Of a stretch of 64,000 nt of DNA, positions 34,272 to 43,312 are shown piece by piece. The stretch is from assembly GCA_963665765.1 (NCBI GenBank), contig OY762464.1:2674787-2738786 (forward strand), given 5' to 3'. The DNA comes from Acidimicrobiia bacterium (lineage in GTDB: Bacteria; Actinomycetota; Acidimicrobiia; Spongiisociales; ZC4RG35). Made by a program: the position numbers and the translations under genes. Under the pieces are notes generated by a model. It saw only the letters and a list, made by a program, of their open reading frames with translations, was not told where the DNA came from and did no database searches. The first letter of the stretch is position 1. Each line of letters opens with the position of its first letter.

Positions 34272-36299
34272 GTGAGAAGATTTGTAGCAATTCTGGGAGT
34301 TCTGGCTCTCTTGACAGCCGCCTGCGGGGATGGAGACGAAGAAGCCACTCCCACCACCGCGGCGCCCGGGACCACGGCGGCGCCGGAGGAGACTCCGTCC
34401 GAGGAACCCCAAGCTCCGTCCGAGGAGCCCGAGGGGCCGGCCGAGGATCCCGAGCCCGACTATCCCGAGATCACCATCAACATCGGGCATTCGGGTGCTC
34501 CCGACGGCTATGCCGACGTGGCAGCCGTCAAGTTCAAGGAACTGGTGGAAGAAGGTTCCGGCGGTGCGATGACTGTGGAGGTTTTCCCGTCGTCGCAGAT
34601 CGGTTCGGAGCGCGAGCTGGTGGAGGGGGCCCAGTTGGGTTCCATCAACGCCGGGGTGGTGTTCGCCGGGATCCTGGAGAGTTTCGTGCCCGAGATGGGC
34701 GTGGTGAACCTGCCGTTTTTGTTCGACGGCCAGGATCACGTCGACGCGGTGTTCGACGGTCCGGTGGGCCGGGAACTGCTTGGCTTGACCGAGGAAGTGG
34801 GAATCAAGGCTTTGGCGATCGGGCAGTTCGGGTTGCGTTCGATGATGAACAGCCGGCGTCCCATCTATACCCCCTCCGATGCGGCGGGTCTGAAGTTCCG
34901 GGTTCCCGAGTCTGACATCTATATCCGTACCTACGAGTTGGTGGGGGCCAATCCGGTGCCGTTGCCCGGCCCGGAGATATTCACTTCGTTGCAGAACGGG
35001 GTGGTGGACGGAACCGGCGCGCCGATCTTTGCGGCGGTCACCCAGAAGTACTACGAGACGCCGGTCAAGTATCTGTCGCTCACCGAGCACATCTACGCGG
35101 CGTTGCTGATGTTCATGTCGGGCGATCTGTGGGACAGCCTGCCCACCAAGGCCCAGGATCTGATTGAGCAGTCGGCCTCCGCCGCGGCCGCCCATCAGCG
35201 GGCCGAGGCGGCCAAGTTGGACGCCGGTTATCTCGAGGAACTGCAGAACCAGGGCTGGGCAGTCAATGATGTTGACAAGGGCCTGTTCCGCACCGCGGTG
35301 GCGGGCGTCTATGACGAGCGTCCCGAGTTGGCCGAGTGGGCCGACCGGATCCGGGCGGTGAGCCCGAGCGGCGCCGTGGACGTCTCCCTGCTGCCCGAGA
35401 TCACCATCAACATCGGGCACTCGGGGGCTCCAGACGGTTATGCCGACGTGGCGGCCGTCAAGTTCAAGGAGTTGGTCGAGGAGCGCTCCGGCGGCCGCAT
35501 GACCGTGGAGGTCTTCCCGTCGTCGCAGATCGGTTCGGAGCGCGAGCTGGTGGAGGGGGCCCAGTTGGGTTCCATCGACGCCGGCGTGGTGTTCGCCGGA
35601 CTCCTGGAGAGCTTCGTCCCGGAGATGGGCGTGGTGAACCTGCCGTTCTTGTTCGACGGACAGGACCACGTCGACGCGGTGTTCGACGGTCCGGTGGGAC
35701 GTGATCTTCTCGGCTTGGCTGAGGAAGTGGACATCAAGGCTTTGGCGATCGGGCAGTTCGGCCTGCGCTCGATGATGAACAGCCAGCGGCCGATCGTCAC
35801 TCCCGACGATGCCGCGGGTCTGAAGTTCCGGGTTCCCGAGTCTGACATCTATATCCGTACCTACGAGTTGGTGGGGGCCAATCCGGTGCCGTTGCCGGGT
35901 CCGGAGATCTTCACTTCGTTGCAGAACGGGGTGGTTGACGGGACCGGCGCGCCGATTTTCGCGGCGGTCACCCAGAAGTACTACGAGACGCCGGTCAAAT
36001 ATCTGTCGCTCACCGAGCACATCTACGCGGCGCTTCTCATGTTCATGGGTGGCGAACTGTTCGACAGCCTGGGTCCGGCGGCTCAGCAGTTGGTGCAGCA
36101 GGCGGCCATCGAAGCCGCCGCCCATCAGCGGGCCGAGGCGGCCAAGCTGGACGCCGGCTATCTCGAAGAGCTGAACAATCAGGGCTGGGAAGTCAACCAG
36201 GTTGACAAGGATGCCTTCCGCTCGGCGGTGGCGCCCATCTATGACGAGCGGCCCGAACTGGCCGAGTGGGCGGACCGCATTCGTGCGGCTGCTCCGTGA
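34272..36299 (+). CDS. dctP: TRAP transporter substrate-binding protein, duplicated (two DctP modules in one polypeptide), lipoprotein signal
   Basis: GGAGG then GTG 34272. Signal LALLTAACGDG and a Pro/Glu-rich linker. Two ~300-aa DctP-type modules follow, each starting PEITINIGHSGAPDGYADVAAVKFKELVEE and containing SSQIGSERELVEGAQLGS. Confidence 0.85.
   Translation: MRRFVAILGVLALLTAACGDGDEEATPTTAAPGTTAAPEETPSEEPQAPSEEPEGPAEDPEPDYPEITINIGHSGAPDGYADVAAVKFKELVEEGSGGAMTVEVFPSSQIGSERELVEGAQLGSINAGVVFAGILESFVPEMGVVNLPFLFDGQDHVDAVFDGPVGRELLGLTEEVGIKALAIGQFGLRSMMNSRRPIYTPSDAAGLKFRVPESDIYIRTYELVGANPVPLPGPEIFTSLQNGVVDGTGAPIFAAVTQKYYETPVKYLSLTEHIYAALLMFMSGDLWDSLPTKAQDLIEQSASAAAAHQRAEAAKLDAGYLEELQNQGWAVNDVDKGLFRTAVAGVYDERPELAEWADRIRAVSPSGAVDVSLLPEITINIGHSGAPDGYADVAAVKFKELVEERSGGRMTVEVFPSSQIGSERELVEGAQLGSIDAGVVFAGLLESFVPEMGVVNLPFLFDGQDHVDAVFDGPVGRDLLGLAEEVDIKALAIGQFGLRSMMNSQRPIVTPDDAAGLKFRVPESDIYIRTYELVGANPVPLPGPEIFTSLQNGVVDGTGAPIFAAVTQKYYETPVKYLSLTEHIYAALLMFMGGELFDSLGPAAQQLVQQAAIEAAAHQRAEAAKLDAGYLEELNNQGWEVNQVDKDAFRSAVAPIYDERPELAEWADRIRAAAP
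34464..36296 (+). repeat. In-frame tandem duplication, period 930 nt (34464-35393 and 35394-36296)
   Basis: cccgagatcaccatcaacatcgggca recurs exactly 930 nt apart. The two encoded modules are about nine-tenths identical by eye, with differences clustered rather than uniform. Confidence 0.9.
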
Positions 36300-36802
36300 G
36301 CTTGGTAGCCGACCTTATACAGAAAGGCAGTCGGAGCATCATTGCGGTGCTCCGACTGCTCCTCGCCGTATTGCTGGCCGGTCTTTCGCTGCTCATGTTC
36401 ATCCAGGTGGTGATGCGGTACGTTTTCAACTCCTCGATCGTGTGGTCCGAAGAAGTTCCCCGGATCATGCTCATCTGGCTGGTGTTCGTGGGGCTGGCCA
36501 CCACCATGAAGGGCAAGCACCTGATCATCGACATCGTGCGGGAGCGTCGATGGATAGCGGTGGTTTCCATCGCCGTCAAATGGGCCCTGCTGATCTTTTT
36601 CGTCTGGTACGGGACGGTTCTGGCCACCAAGGTGTCCGGACAAACCATGCCCATCACCAAGATTTCCCGCTCCTGGCAGTACGCCGCCGCGCCGGTGGGC
36701 GCCGCTTTGGCTCTGCTATTGGGAGTGGATGAGATAATCGATCTGTTCCGCTCCTCCCGCAACCGCTTCAAGCCGCTCGAACCGATGGCCGCCGAGGCGT
36801 AG
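36296..36802 (+). CDS. dctQ: TRAP transporter small permease
   Basis: GTG 36296 overlaps the dctP TGA. 4 TM segments with MRYVFNSSIVWSEEV..IWLVF typical of DctQ. Confidence 0.75.
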   Translation: MSLVADLIQKGSRSIIAVLRLLLAVLLAGLSLLMFIQVVMRYVFNSSIVWSEEVPRIMLIWLVFVGLATTMKGKHLIIDIVRERRWIAVVSIAVKWALLIFFVWYGTVLATKVSGQTMPITKISRSWQYAAAPVGAALALLLGVDEIIDLFRSSRNRFKPLEPMAAEA

Positions 36803-36805
36803 ATC

Positions 36806-38095
36806 GTGTTGCTGGCCGCGGTGTTCGGCACGCTCTTTTTGCTGTTGGCGTTGCGGGTGCCGATTTTCGTGGCCCTGGGGGGCGCCACCATCGTGGGGGT
36901 GATCTTGCATCCGGCCGCGTCGCTGATCGACGTGGTGCGCAACTCCATCAATGGGATCGACTCGTTGGTGCTGTTCGCCGCCCCGCTGTTCGTTTTGGCC
37001 GGCAATCTGATTTTGGCGGGCGGGGTTTCCCGACGCCTGATCGGCTGGGTGGATCTGCTGTTCGGGTTCAGCCGTCTGCGTCTGGCCTATGTGAACGTGT
37101 TCGGATCGATGTTCTTCGGAGGGATCTCCGGTTCGGCCACGGCCGACTCCGCCGCCATCGGATCGGTGCTGGTGCCGGAGATGAAAAAAGGCGGTTACCC
37201 CACCCCCTACGCGGCGGGGGTCACCGCCGCTTCCAGTTCCATCGGGATCATCGTTCCGCCCAGCGTCCCCATGATCCTGGCGGGCGCCGCCACCAGCGTA
37301 TCGGTGACCAAACTGTTTGTGGGAGGATACGGCCCCGGCATCCTGATCGCGGTTTCCCTGGCGTTGGTGGCCTGGATCAAACGTCCTCGCTCGGGAATAA
37401 AGGCCGATCCCGAGCGGCTCAGCCTCAAGCGGCTGGGGATCACCACCTACAAGGCATTGCCCGCCCTGGTGTTCCCGGTGGTGATCATGGGAGGGATCCT
37501 GACCGGGGTGTTCACGGCCACCGAAGCCGCGGCGGTGGCGGTGGTTTATTCGTTGCTGGTGTCGGTGTTCATCTACCGGGAGATGGGGTGGAAAGCCTTT
37601 TTCAACATCCTCAAAGAGTCGGCCGAATTCGCGGCGGTGGTGTTTTCCATCGTCGCCACCGCCCAGGCCTTCGGGAGGTTCCTGACCCTGGCCAAGGTTC
37701 CCCAGCAGCTCACCGAATTCATGCTGGGTTTTTCCAGCACCCCGGCGGTGGTGATCCTGCTGATGATCCTCCTGCTGCTGATCATCGGCACCTTCATGGA
37801 GACGGTCCCCATTGTGCTGGTGCTCTATCCGATCTTGGAGCCGATCGCCACCTCCCCCGAGGTGGGGATGGACCCCATCCACTACGGGGTCACTTTCATG
37901 GGGGCCATCGCGGTGGGACTGCTCACTCCTCCCTATGGAGTGCTGCTGTTCGTCAATTCCAAAATCGCGGGAATTCCCTCGGCCGATCTGATCCGCGCCG
38001 TTCTGCCTTTTATCGCCGCCCTGATCATCGATGTGCTGATTATCGCCTTTTTCCCACCTCTCAGCCTGGCGCCGGTCAATTTCTTCTTCGGTTAG
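36806..38095 (+). CDS. dctM: TRAP transporter large permease
   Basis: 429-aa polytopic ORF with FGGISGSATADSAAIGSVLVPEM and SSSIGIIVPPS motifs of DctM. Confidence 0.9.
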   Translation: MLLAAVFGTLFLLLALRVPIFVALGGATIVGVILHPAASLIDVVRNSINGIDSLVLFAAPLFVLAGNLILAGGVSRRLIGWVDLLFGFSRLRLAYVNVFGSMFFGGISGSATADSAAIGSVLVPEMKKGGYPTPYAAGVTAASSSIGIIVPPSVPMILAGAATSVSVTKLFVGGYGPGILIAVSLALVAWIKRPRSGIKADPERLSLKRLGITTYKALPALVFPVVIMGGILTGVFTATEAAAVAVVYSLLVSVFIYREMGWKAFFNILKESAEFAAVVFSIVATAQAFGRFLTLAKVPQQLTEFMLGFSSTPAVVILLMILLLLIIGTFMETVPIVLVLYPILEPIATSPEVGMDPIHYGVTFMGAIAVGLLTPPYGVLLFVNSKIAGIPSADLIRAVLPFIAALIIDVLIIAFFPPLSLAPVNFFFG

Positions 38096-38099
38096 CTCC

Positions 38100-39509
38100 A
38101 TGAAAGGTTCTGCCATGCCCAGAGACGATTTTCGCATCCTGTCCTTTGTGAATCACATACCCGTGCACCCCCGGGTGGAGGAGTTCTTGGCCGAGACTGC
38201 CCGCCGGGGAGTGGACGCGGTGTGCTCGCAGGGCACCGGGATGGATTTCGGCCCCTACATGCTGGGAAGCGGCACCCAATTCACCAGCGAGAACTTCCGG
38301 GAAAACGTTCGTCCCTACCTGCGTTTCGCCCAGCAGCAAGGGGTTCCCTTTGTGTTCTCGGTGGGGATCGCCGGGGGCCGGGACCAACTGGACGAATGCC
38401 TGGAACGAGTGGACGAGATCGCCTCGGAGGATGATCTGCCGCTCCGAATCGCGGTGATCGACGGTGAACTGGACCGGGAGATGTTGTCCACTCGGATCCG
38501 GGCCGGCGCCCAGGCCCGCCGAGCCGTGGAGTCGCCCCATCTGCCGGAGATGCTCACCCCCGAGGACGTGGAGTCGGCCGAGCACATTGTGGCGCAGATG
38601 GGTCCCGAACCGATCATGGCCGCCTTGGCCGCCGGAGTGGATGGGGTGATTACCGGCCGGGCGCTTGATGTGGGGATCTACATGGCCCCGCCGCTGCACG
38701 CCGGATTTCCCCGGGGTTCCACCACCCATATGGCCAAGGTGCTGGAATGCGCCGGCTTGGCTCTCCACCCCGGTGACCCGTCCGAACCGATCTACGGGGT
38801 GCTGGAGCGGGACGCCATCTCGGTCTATCCGGTCTCCGACACTCAGGCGGCCACCGCCCGATCCATCGCCAGCCACTCCATGTATGAGCGGGACAACCCC
38901 TTCATGGAGAAGAACCCCGGCGGGTATCTCGACCTGACCGACGCCACCTACACGGAGGTCCCCGGATCGGGAGTGCGTTCGCAGGGAGCGATCTGGGTGG
39001 ATCAGCCCTACACCATCAAGTTGGAAGGCGCTCGCCGCGAGGGATATCGCACCATTGCCGTGTTCGGGGTGCGGGAGCCGGCCTTCATCGAGTGTCTCGA
39101 CTGGTTCTTGGACAACATTCGCTCCACCATTGCCGGGTCTCCCCGTTTTGGGCATCTTGACGAGGGGAAGCACTACCGGATCACCTTCGATCAATACGGG
39201 CGCAACGGAGTGCTCGGTCCCAACGAGCCGCTCGGGGGCCGGATGCCCCATGAGATCGGCCTGTTGGTGGACGTCATCGCCGAAACCCAGCAACTGGCCG
39301 AGAACCTTGCCTACTTTATCTGCATGGAGCTTTGGATCAAGCCCTACCCGAACCGCCAAACCTCGGCCGGCAACCTGGCCACCCGGTTCGCTCCTCCCAC
39401 CATCAACGTGGGACCGGCCTTCTCCTTCAACGTCTGGCATCTTCTGGAAGTGGAAGATCCCCTCGAGCTCTTCCCTTTCGAGGTGGTCGATTTTCCGAGG
39501 GGTCGCTGA
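38100..39509 (+). CDS. AtuA-like (acyclic terpene utilisation, DUF1446) family protein
   Basis: 469 aa. Overall resemblance to AtuA, and it is followed by the small DUF4387 partner that normally accompanies it. Family is recalled, not searched. Confidence 0.7.
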   Translation: MKGSAMPRDDFRILSFVNHIPVHPRVEEFLAETARRGVDAVCSQGTGMDFGPYMLGSGTQFTSENFRENVRPYLRFAQQQGVPFVFSVGIAGGRDQLDECLERVDEIASEDDLPLRIAVIDGELDREMLSTRIRAGAQARRAVESPHLPEMLTPEDVESAEHIVAQMGPEPIMAALAAGVDGVITGRALDVGIYMAPPLHAGFPRGSTTHMAKVLECAGLALHPGDPSEPIYGVLERDAISVYPVSDTQAATARSIASHSMYERDNPFMEKNPGGYLDLTDATYTEVPGSGVRSQGAIWVDQPYTIKLEGARREGYRTIAVFGVREPAFIECLDWFLDNIRSTIAGSPRFGHLDEGKHYRITFDQYGRNGVLGPNEPLGGRMPHEIGLLVDVIAETQQLAENLAYFICMELWIKPYPNRQTSAGNLATRFAPPTINVGPAFSFNVWHLLEVEDPLELFPFEVVDFPRGR

Positions 39510-39832
39510 TGGCCCGGTTGCGTGACCTCGCCAAAACCCTCCGTTCCAAGAACTGCGATCCCTTCAACACCACTTTCGACGTGTTCTTCGACACCGAGGA
39601 CGCCTACCGGCGGGTGAGGGACTCGGGACGGATCACCCCCGAGGTGCTGGCGCCGCTCTACGGGCTCACCACCGACCAGGTGCTGGGCATCTACTTTCTG
39701 GACAACGCTCTGGCTTTCAAGGTGACCATGGTGAAAGACATCGCCTCCTCCGACCCGGCCTGCAAGGATGTGTTCGGGGCCCACCAACACCTGATGCTGG
39801 CCGACCTGGAGATACCGGAGCATTGGACATGA
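39509..39832 (+). CDS. DUF4387 family protein (AtuA partner)
   Basis: ATG 39509 overlaps the AtuA TGA. ~107 aa with LAKTLRSKNCDPFNTTFDVFF...IYFLDNALAFKV as recalled for DUF4387. Confidence 0.6.
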   Translation: MARLRDLAKTLRSKNCDPFNTTFDVFFDTEDAYRRVRDSGRITPEVLAPLYGLTTDQVLGIYFLDNALAFKVTMVKDIASSDPACKDVFGAHQHLMLADLEIPEHWT

Positions 39833-40374
39833 CCAGACTGTTGGACCCCCGAGCCGAGGAATACCGCCGGCTGGACGGCGCCGATCCCCTGAAGCCGGTG
39901 GAATCGGTGGAGCTGAACGTGGGCATCCTCAACTCCCGCTGGGAGTCGATGACCCGCATCGCCGCACTGGTGGAGGAACGTCTCCGGCGGCTTTCTTTCA
40001 TCGGGGACGTTCGGCACTGGAAGATCAAACACTCCGAGCCCACGCCCCAGGAGGTGATTGATCAGGTGGTGGGTTACAGCCACTTCGCAGTGCTGGGGCT
40101 CGGCAACTGAGGGGCTTGCACAGCGTGGAGTTGCCACGATGGAACCGAGTTGAGAAAGCAGGGGTTGGGAACGGTGGTGCTGATCACTGAGGCCTTCGAG
40201 GAGTTGGCTCAGGCCACCCTTGCCAGCAGGGGAGTGCCCGACTTGCCCATGGTGATCTTCCCGCACCGGACCGAGGTGATGACCACCGAAGAGTTGCGGC
40301 CGGTTGTGGAATGGGCGGTGGACCATGAGATCGTTCCCCTCATCGAGGCGGTTCGAGATCCGCTTTTGATCTGA
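39829..40374 (+). CDS. Candidate selenoprotein, UGSC-family-like (UxxC motif); in-frame TGA at 40108-40110
   Basis: Track ORFs 39823-40110 and 40150-40374 are in the same frame with no other stop between them. Read-through gives ...FAVLGLGN-U-GACTAWSCHDGTELRKQGLGTVVLITEAFEEL..., 181 aa. ATG 39829 forms an ATGA overlap with the DUF4387 stop, and the downstream gene starts 1 nt after its stop. Confidence 0.5.
40121..40141 (+). other. SECIS-like hairpin 10 nt downstream of the in-frame UGA
   Basis: cagcgtgg / agttg / ccacgatg: an 8-bp stem with one G-A mismatch and a 5-nt apical loop containing GU. The stem starts at +11 after the UGA. Geometry is compatible with bacterial SECIS but is not diagnostic. 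Confidence 0.35.
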
Positions 40375-41430
40375 GTGACCGAAAAAGCGCCGACCGAAAT
40401 GGAATTACAGTCCCGGGAACTGGATTGCCCCACCGATCGGGGGCTCGACGCCATTCAGGACTGGTTCCACGCCCAGGACCTGTCCGACGGGTTGCCGGTT
40501 ATTCCCCCCACCCCCGACCGGGTGGCCCGGATGGTGGCCGGAAGCAGGCGGGAACCCACCGAAGAGATCGGGATAATCGATCCCAAGCGGGGGGTGGCCA
40601 CGGTTGAGAAACTGGCCATCAATGCGGTGATGGCCGGGTGCCTTCCCGACTATATGCCCGTGATCATCGCCGCGATGGCCGCCATGTGCGAGCCGATCTT
40701 CAACCTGCACGCCATCCAGTCCACCACCAATCCCGCCACGCCCCTGGTGGTGGTCAACGGACCCATTCGCCGGGAACTCGCCATGAACACCGACCGCAAC
40801 CTGCTCGGTCCCGGCAACCGGGCCAACGCCACGATCGGCCGGGCGCTGCGGCTCGCGATGCGCAACTTGGGCGGGGCCTACCTCGGGGTGGATCAGGCCA
40901 CCCACGGGAGCCCCGCCAAATACACTCTGGTGGTTCCCGAGGACGAGGAGTCAAGTCCCTGGGAACCGCTGTCGGTGCAATTGGGGTTCGGGCCGGAGGA
41001 CTCGACCGTCTCGGTGGCGGGCATCGAGTCGGTGATCAACTCCACCGCGGTGTGGTGGACCCCCGATTCTTTGGCCAAGATGCTGGCCAAGACCCTGCGC
41101 TCCACCGCCACCAGCCAGTTCTTTTCCCGGGGGACGCTCACCTTGTTGATGAGCCCTGCCCACGCCGGGGTGTTTGCCCGGAACGGGTGGAGCAAGAAGA
41201 GACTGGCGGAGCACCTGTGGGAGATGGGGAAGGTCCCGCTGTCCGACTACCCGCCCGAGGGCAACATCCCGCAGGGAGATTGGACGGTGGAGGGAGACCG
41301 GGTGTTGATTTGTGAGACGCCCGACGATCTGCGGATCGTGGTGGGCGGAGGCACCGAGGGCAACGCCTCCCATTCGGTGTTCTTCTCGGGATTTTGCCTT
41401 TCCAAGGGCGTGACCAGGAGGATCGAGTGA
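40375..41430 (+). CDS. Conserved-looking protein of unknown function
   Basis: 351-aa ORF with ordinary composition. Tightly coupled on both sides: GTG one nt after the upstream stop, and GTGA overlap with the downstream ACAD. No motif recognised. Confidence 0.55.
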   Translation: MTEKAPTEMELQSRELDCPTDRGLDAIQDWFHAQDLSDGLPVIPPTPDRVARMVAGSRREPTEEIGIIDPKRGVATVEKLAINAVMAGCLPDYMPVIIAAMAAMCEPIFNLHAIQSTTNPATPLVVVNGPIRRELAMNTDRNLLGPGNRANATIGRALRLAMRNLGGAYLGVDQATHGSPAKYTLVVPEDEESSPWEPLSVQLGFGPEDSTVSVAGIESVINSTAVWWTPDSLAKMLAKTLRSTATSQFFSRGTLTLLMSPAHAGVFARNGWSKKRLAEHLWEMGKVPLSDYPPEGNIPQGDWTVEGDRVLICETPDDLRIVVGGGTEGNASHSVFFSGFCLSKGVTRRIE

Positions 41431-42533
41431 CCAGGGATCTGCTGGATCATCTTCGCTCCGAGGTGGCGCCTCGCGTGGACGGCTGGGAGGAGGCCGGCCA
41501 TGTTCCGCCCGAAGCGCTCTGGGAGGTGGGGCGCCGCTTCGGGTTGCTCGGGATGATGACTCCCGCCGAGCGGGATGGGAGTCCCCGGCCGTGGACGGAG
41601 GTCGTGGCGGTGGCGGGCGCCCTGAGCCGTGTGTATCGGCCCTTCGGATTCCTGCTCACCAACGGTCTTATCGCCGGGTACCTGGCGGCAGTCACCAACG
41701 ACCTGCAGTGGGCCAGGCGCGGGCTTCCCATCGTGGAGGGTCGGGCCGCTTCGGTTCTGGCTTTGAACGAACCGGACACCGGTAACGACCTGGCGGCCCT
41801 GGCCACCATTGCCAAGAAGTGTGATGGTGGTTACCGGCTGACCGGGACCAAGACCTACATTCCCAACGCCGATCAGGTCGACTTTCTGCTGGTGGCCGCC
41901 CGGGAAACACCCGATGCGGTTCCGTCGATCTACGCGCTCGATCCCGGCACACGGGGATGCGAGGTGCGCCGCCTGGGCCCGACCATGGCTCTGCGAGGAG
42001 TCCACCTGTGCGAGGTCGAGTTTGACGGGTGCCTGGTGGCGCCGGAGGACCGGATAGGGGAGATGAGAGATCTGTGGCCCCATCTGGGAAGGAGTCGTTT
42101 GCTCACCGCCGGGCTGGCATTGGGATGCGCCACCGAGGCCTTGGAGTTGGCGATCGACTACACCTCCCGGACCCGCAGGTTCGGCATGCCGCTCAACCGG
42201 CAGGGAGCGGTGCAGCAGAGCCTGGCCGAGATGGGGGTGGCGGTGGAGACCGGCCGGGTCTACCTGGATCACGCGGCCAGACGGGTGGACGCGGGTGAAC
42301 GGGCTTCGCTTCAGGTCTCCGCGGCCAAGGTGTATGTCACCGATCTGGCAATGAGTGTGACGACCTCGGCCACTCAACTCATGGGGGGACAGGGATACCT
42401 TATCTCCGGCAAGGTGGAGAGGCTGATGAGAGAGGCGAAACTCAACCAGATCGTGGACGGGGCAAATGAGATCCACCGCGCCCTGATCGCCAGAGAGTTG
42501 TCCGATCGATACGAGGAAAAGGGAGAGATATGA
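41427..42533 (+). CDS. Acyl-CoA dehydrogenase family protein
   Basis: GTG 41427. ALNEPDTGNDLA, YRLTGTKTYIPNA, RFGMPLNRQGAVQQSLAEM and GGQGY fit the ACAD fold. Confidence 0.8.
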   Translation: MTRDLLDHLRSEVAPRVDGWEEAGHVPPEALWEVGRRFGLLGMMTPAERDGSPRPWTEVVAVAGALSRVYRPFGFLLTNGLIAGYLAAVTNDLQWARRGLPIVEGRAASVLALNEPDTGNDLAALATIAKKCDGGYRLTGTKTYIPNADQVDFLLVAARETPDAVPSIYALDPGTRGCEVRRLGPTMALRGVHLCEVEFDGCLVAPEDRIGEMRDLWPHLGRSRLLTAGLALGCATEALELAIDYTSRTRRFGMPLNRQGAVQQSLAEMGVAVETGRVYLDHAARRVDAGERASLQVSAAKVYVTDLAMSVTTSATQLMGGQGYLISGKVERLMREAKLNQIVDGANEIHRALIARELSDRYEEKGEI

Positions 42534-43294
42534 AGGATCAAGTCTCATCGGTGGCCGTGATAACCGGAGGAGCCAGCGGCATCGGCTGGAAGACCGCCCA
42601 ATTGCTGCTGGAACGCCGTCCGGATGTGGCCTGTGCTCTGGTTGACCTCCACGAAGCACGGTCTGCGGATTTGATCGAACGCTTCGGTGAGGACCGGGTC
42701 CGTTTCGTGCAGTGCGACGTAACCGATCCGGCGGCAGTGAACGCCGCCGCGGCGGAGATCGAGAGGTGGAAGGGCCCGATCAAGATGCTGGTCACCTGCG
42801 CGGCGATCCAGATCGTGGGGGACAGCTTCGAGTTGCCCACCGAGCATTGGCAGAAGGTAACGGCGGTGCACCTGAACGGGACTTTCTACTGGTGTCAGGC
42901 GGCGGGGAGGGCCATGAGGGATGGGGGAGGGGGATCGATCGTCACCGTGGGTTCGATAGCACAGGACTTCGGGTTTCCCGGTCGGGCGGCCTACACCACC
43001 TCCAAAGCCGGGATCGGGGGGCTCACCAGGGTGCTGGCGGTGGAGTGGGCGTCGGCAGGGATAAGGGTCAACCAGGTGATCCCCGGGATGGTGGAGACGC
43101 CGCTCTTCCAGCGGGCGGCCGCCCAGGGAATCGTGGACGCCGAGGCGGCCGCCGGGGAGCATGCCCTGGGACGCTTGGGGACCACCGGGGAGTTGGCCGA
43201 GGCCATCGTGTTTTTGCTGTCCGAACAGTCAAGTTTCATCACCGGGGAACTGGTGCATGTGGACGGGGGCTTTCGGGCCCAGCGTCTCGAGTAG
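42530..43294 (+). CDS. SDR family oxidoreductase
   Basis: VITGGASGIGW, NGTF (NNAG-like position), YTTSKAG (YxxxK) and PGMVETP. Confidence 0.9.
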   Translation: MKDQVSSVAVITGGASGIGWKTAQLLLERRPDVACALVDLHEARSADLIERFGEDRVRFVQCDVTDPAAVNAAAAEIERWKGPIKMLVTCAAIQIVGDSFELPTEHWQKVTAVHLNGTFYWCQAAGRAMRDGGGGSIVTVGSIAQDFGFPGRAAYTTSKAGIGGLTRVLAVEWASAGIRVNQVIPGMVETPLFQRAAAQGIVDAEAAAGEHALGRLGTTGELAEAIVFLLSEQSSFITGELVHVDGGFRAQRLE

Positions 43295-43312
43295 AAGGAG
43301 CGCATACAAAAC

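Noticed and set aside
34257-36125. 622-aa minus-strand ORF antisense to the dctP duplication. The same applies to similar long antisense or alternate-frame ORFs at 36716-38137, 38076-39440, 41247-42659, 55373-56578, 28966-30372, 47408-48784, 52584-54245 and 63230-63991.
   Set aside because: Each overlaps a gene with clear family motifs, either on the opposite strand or, for 52584-54245, in another frame of thiP. Their translations are Arg/Gly/Pro/His-rich low-complexity sequence, typical of non-coding frames in high-GC DNA.
40102-40135. Alternative helix GGCAAC (40102-40107) / GTTGCC (40130-40135) enclosing the UGA codon
   Set aside because: It competes with the downstream hairpin and would place the UGA inside the loop, which is not the bacterial SECIS geometry I recall. 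Noted as a caveat rather than as support.
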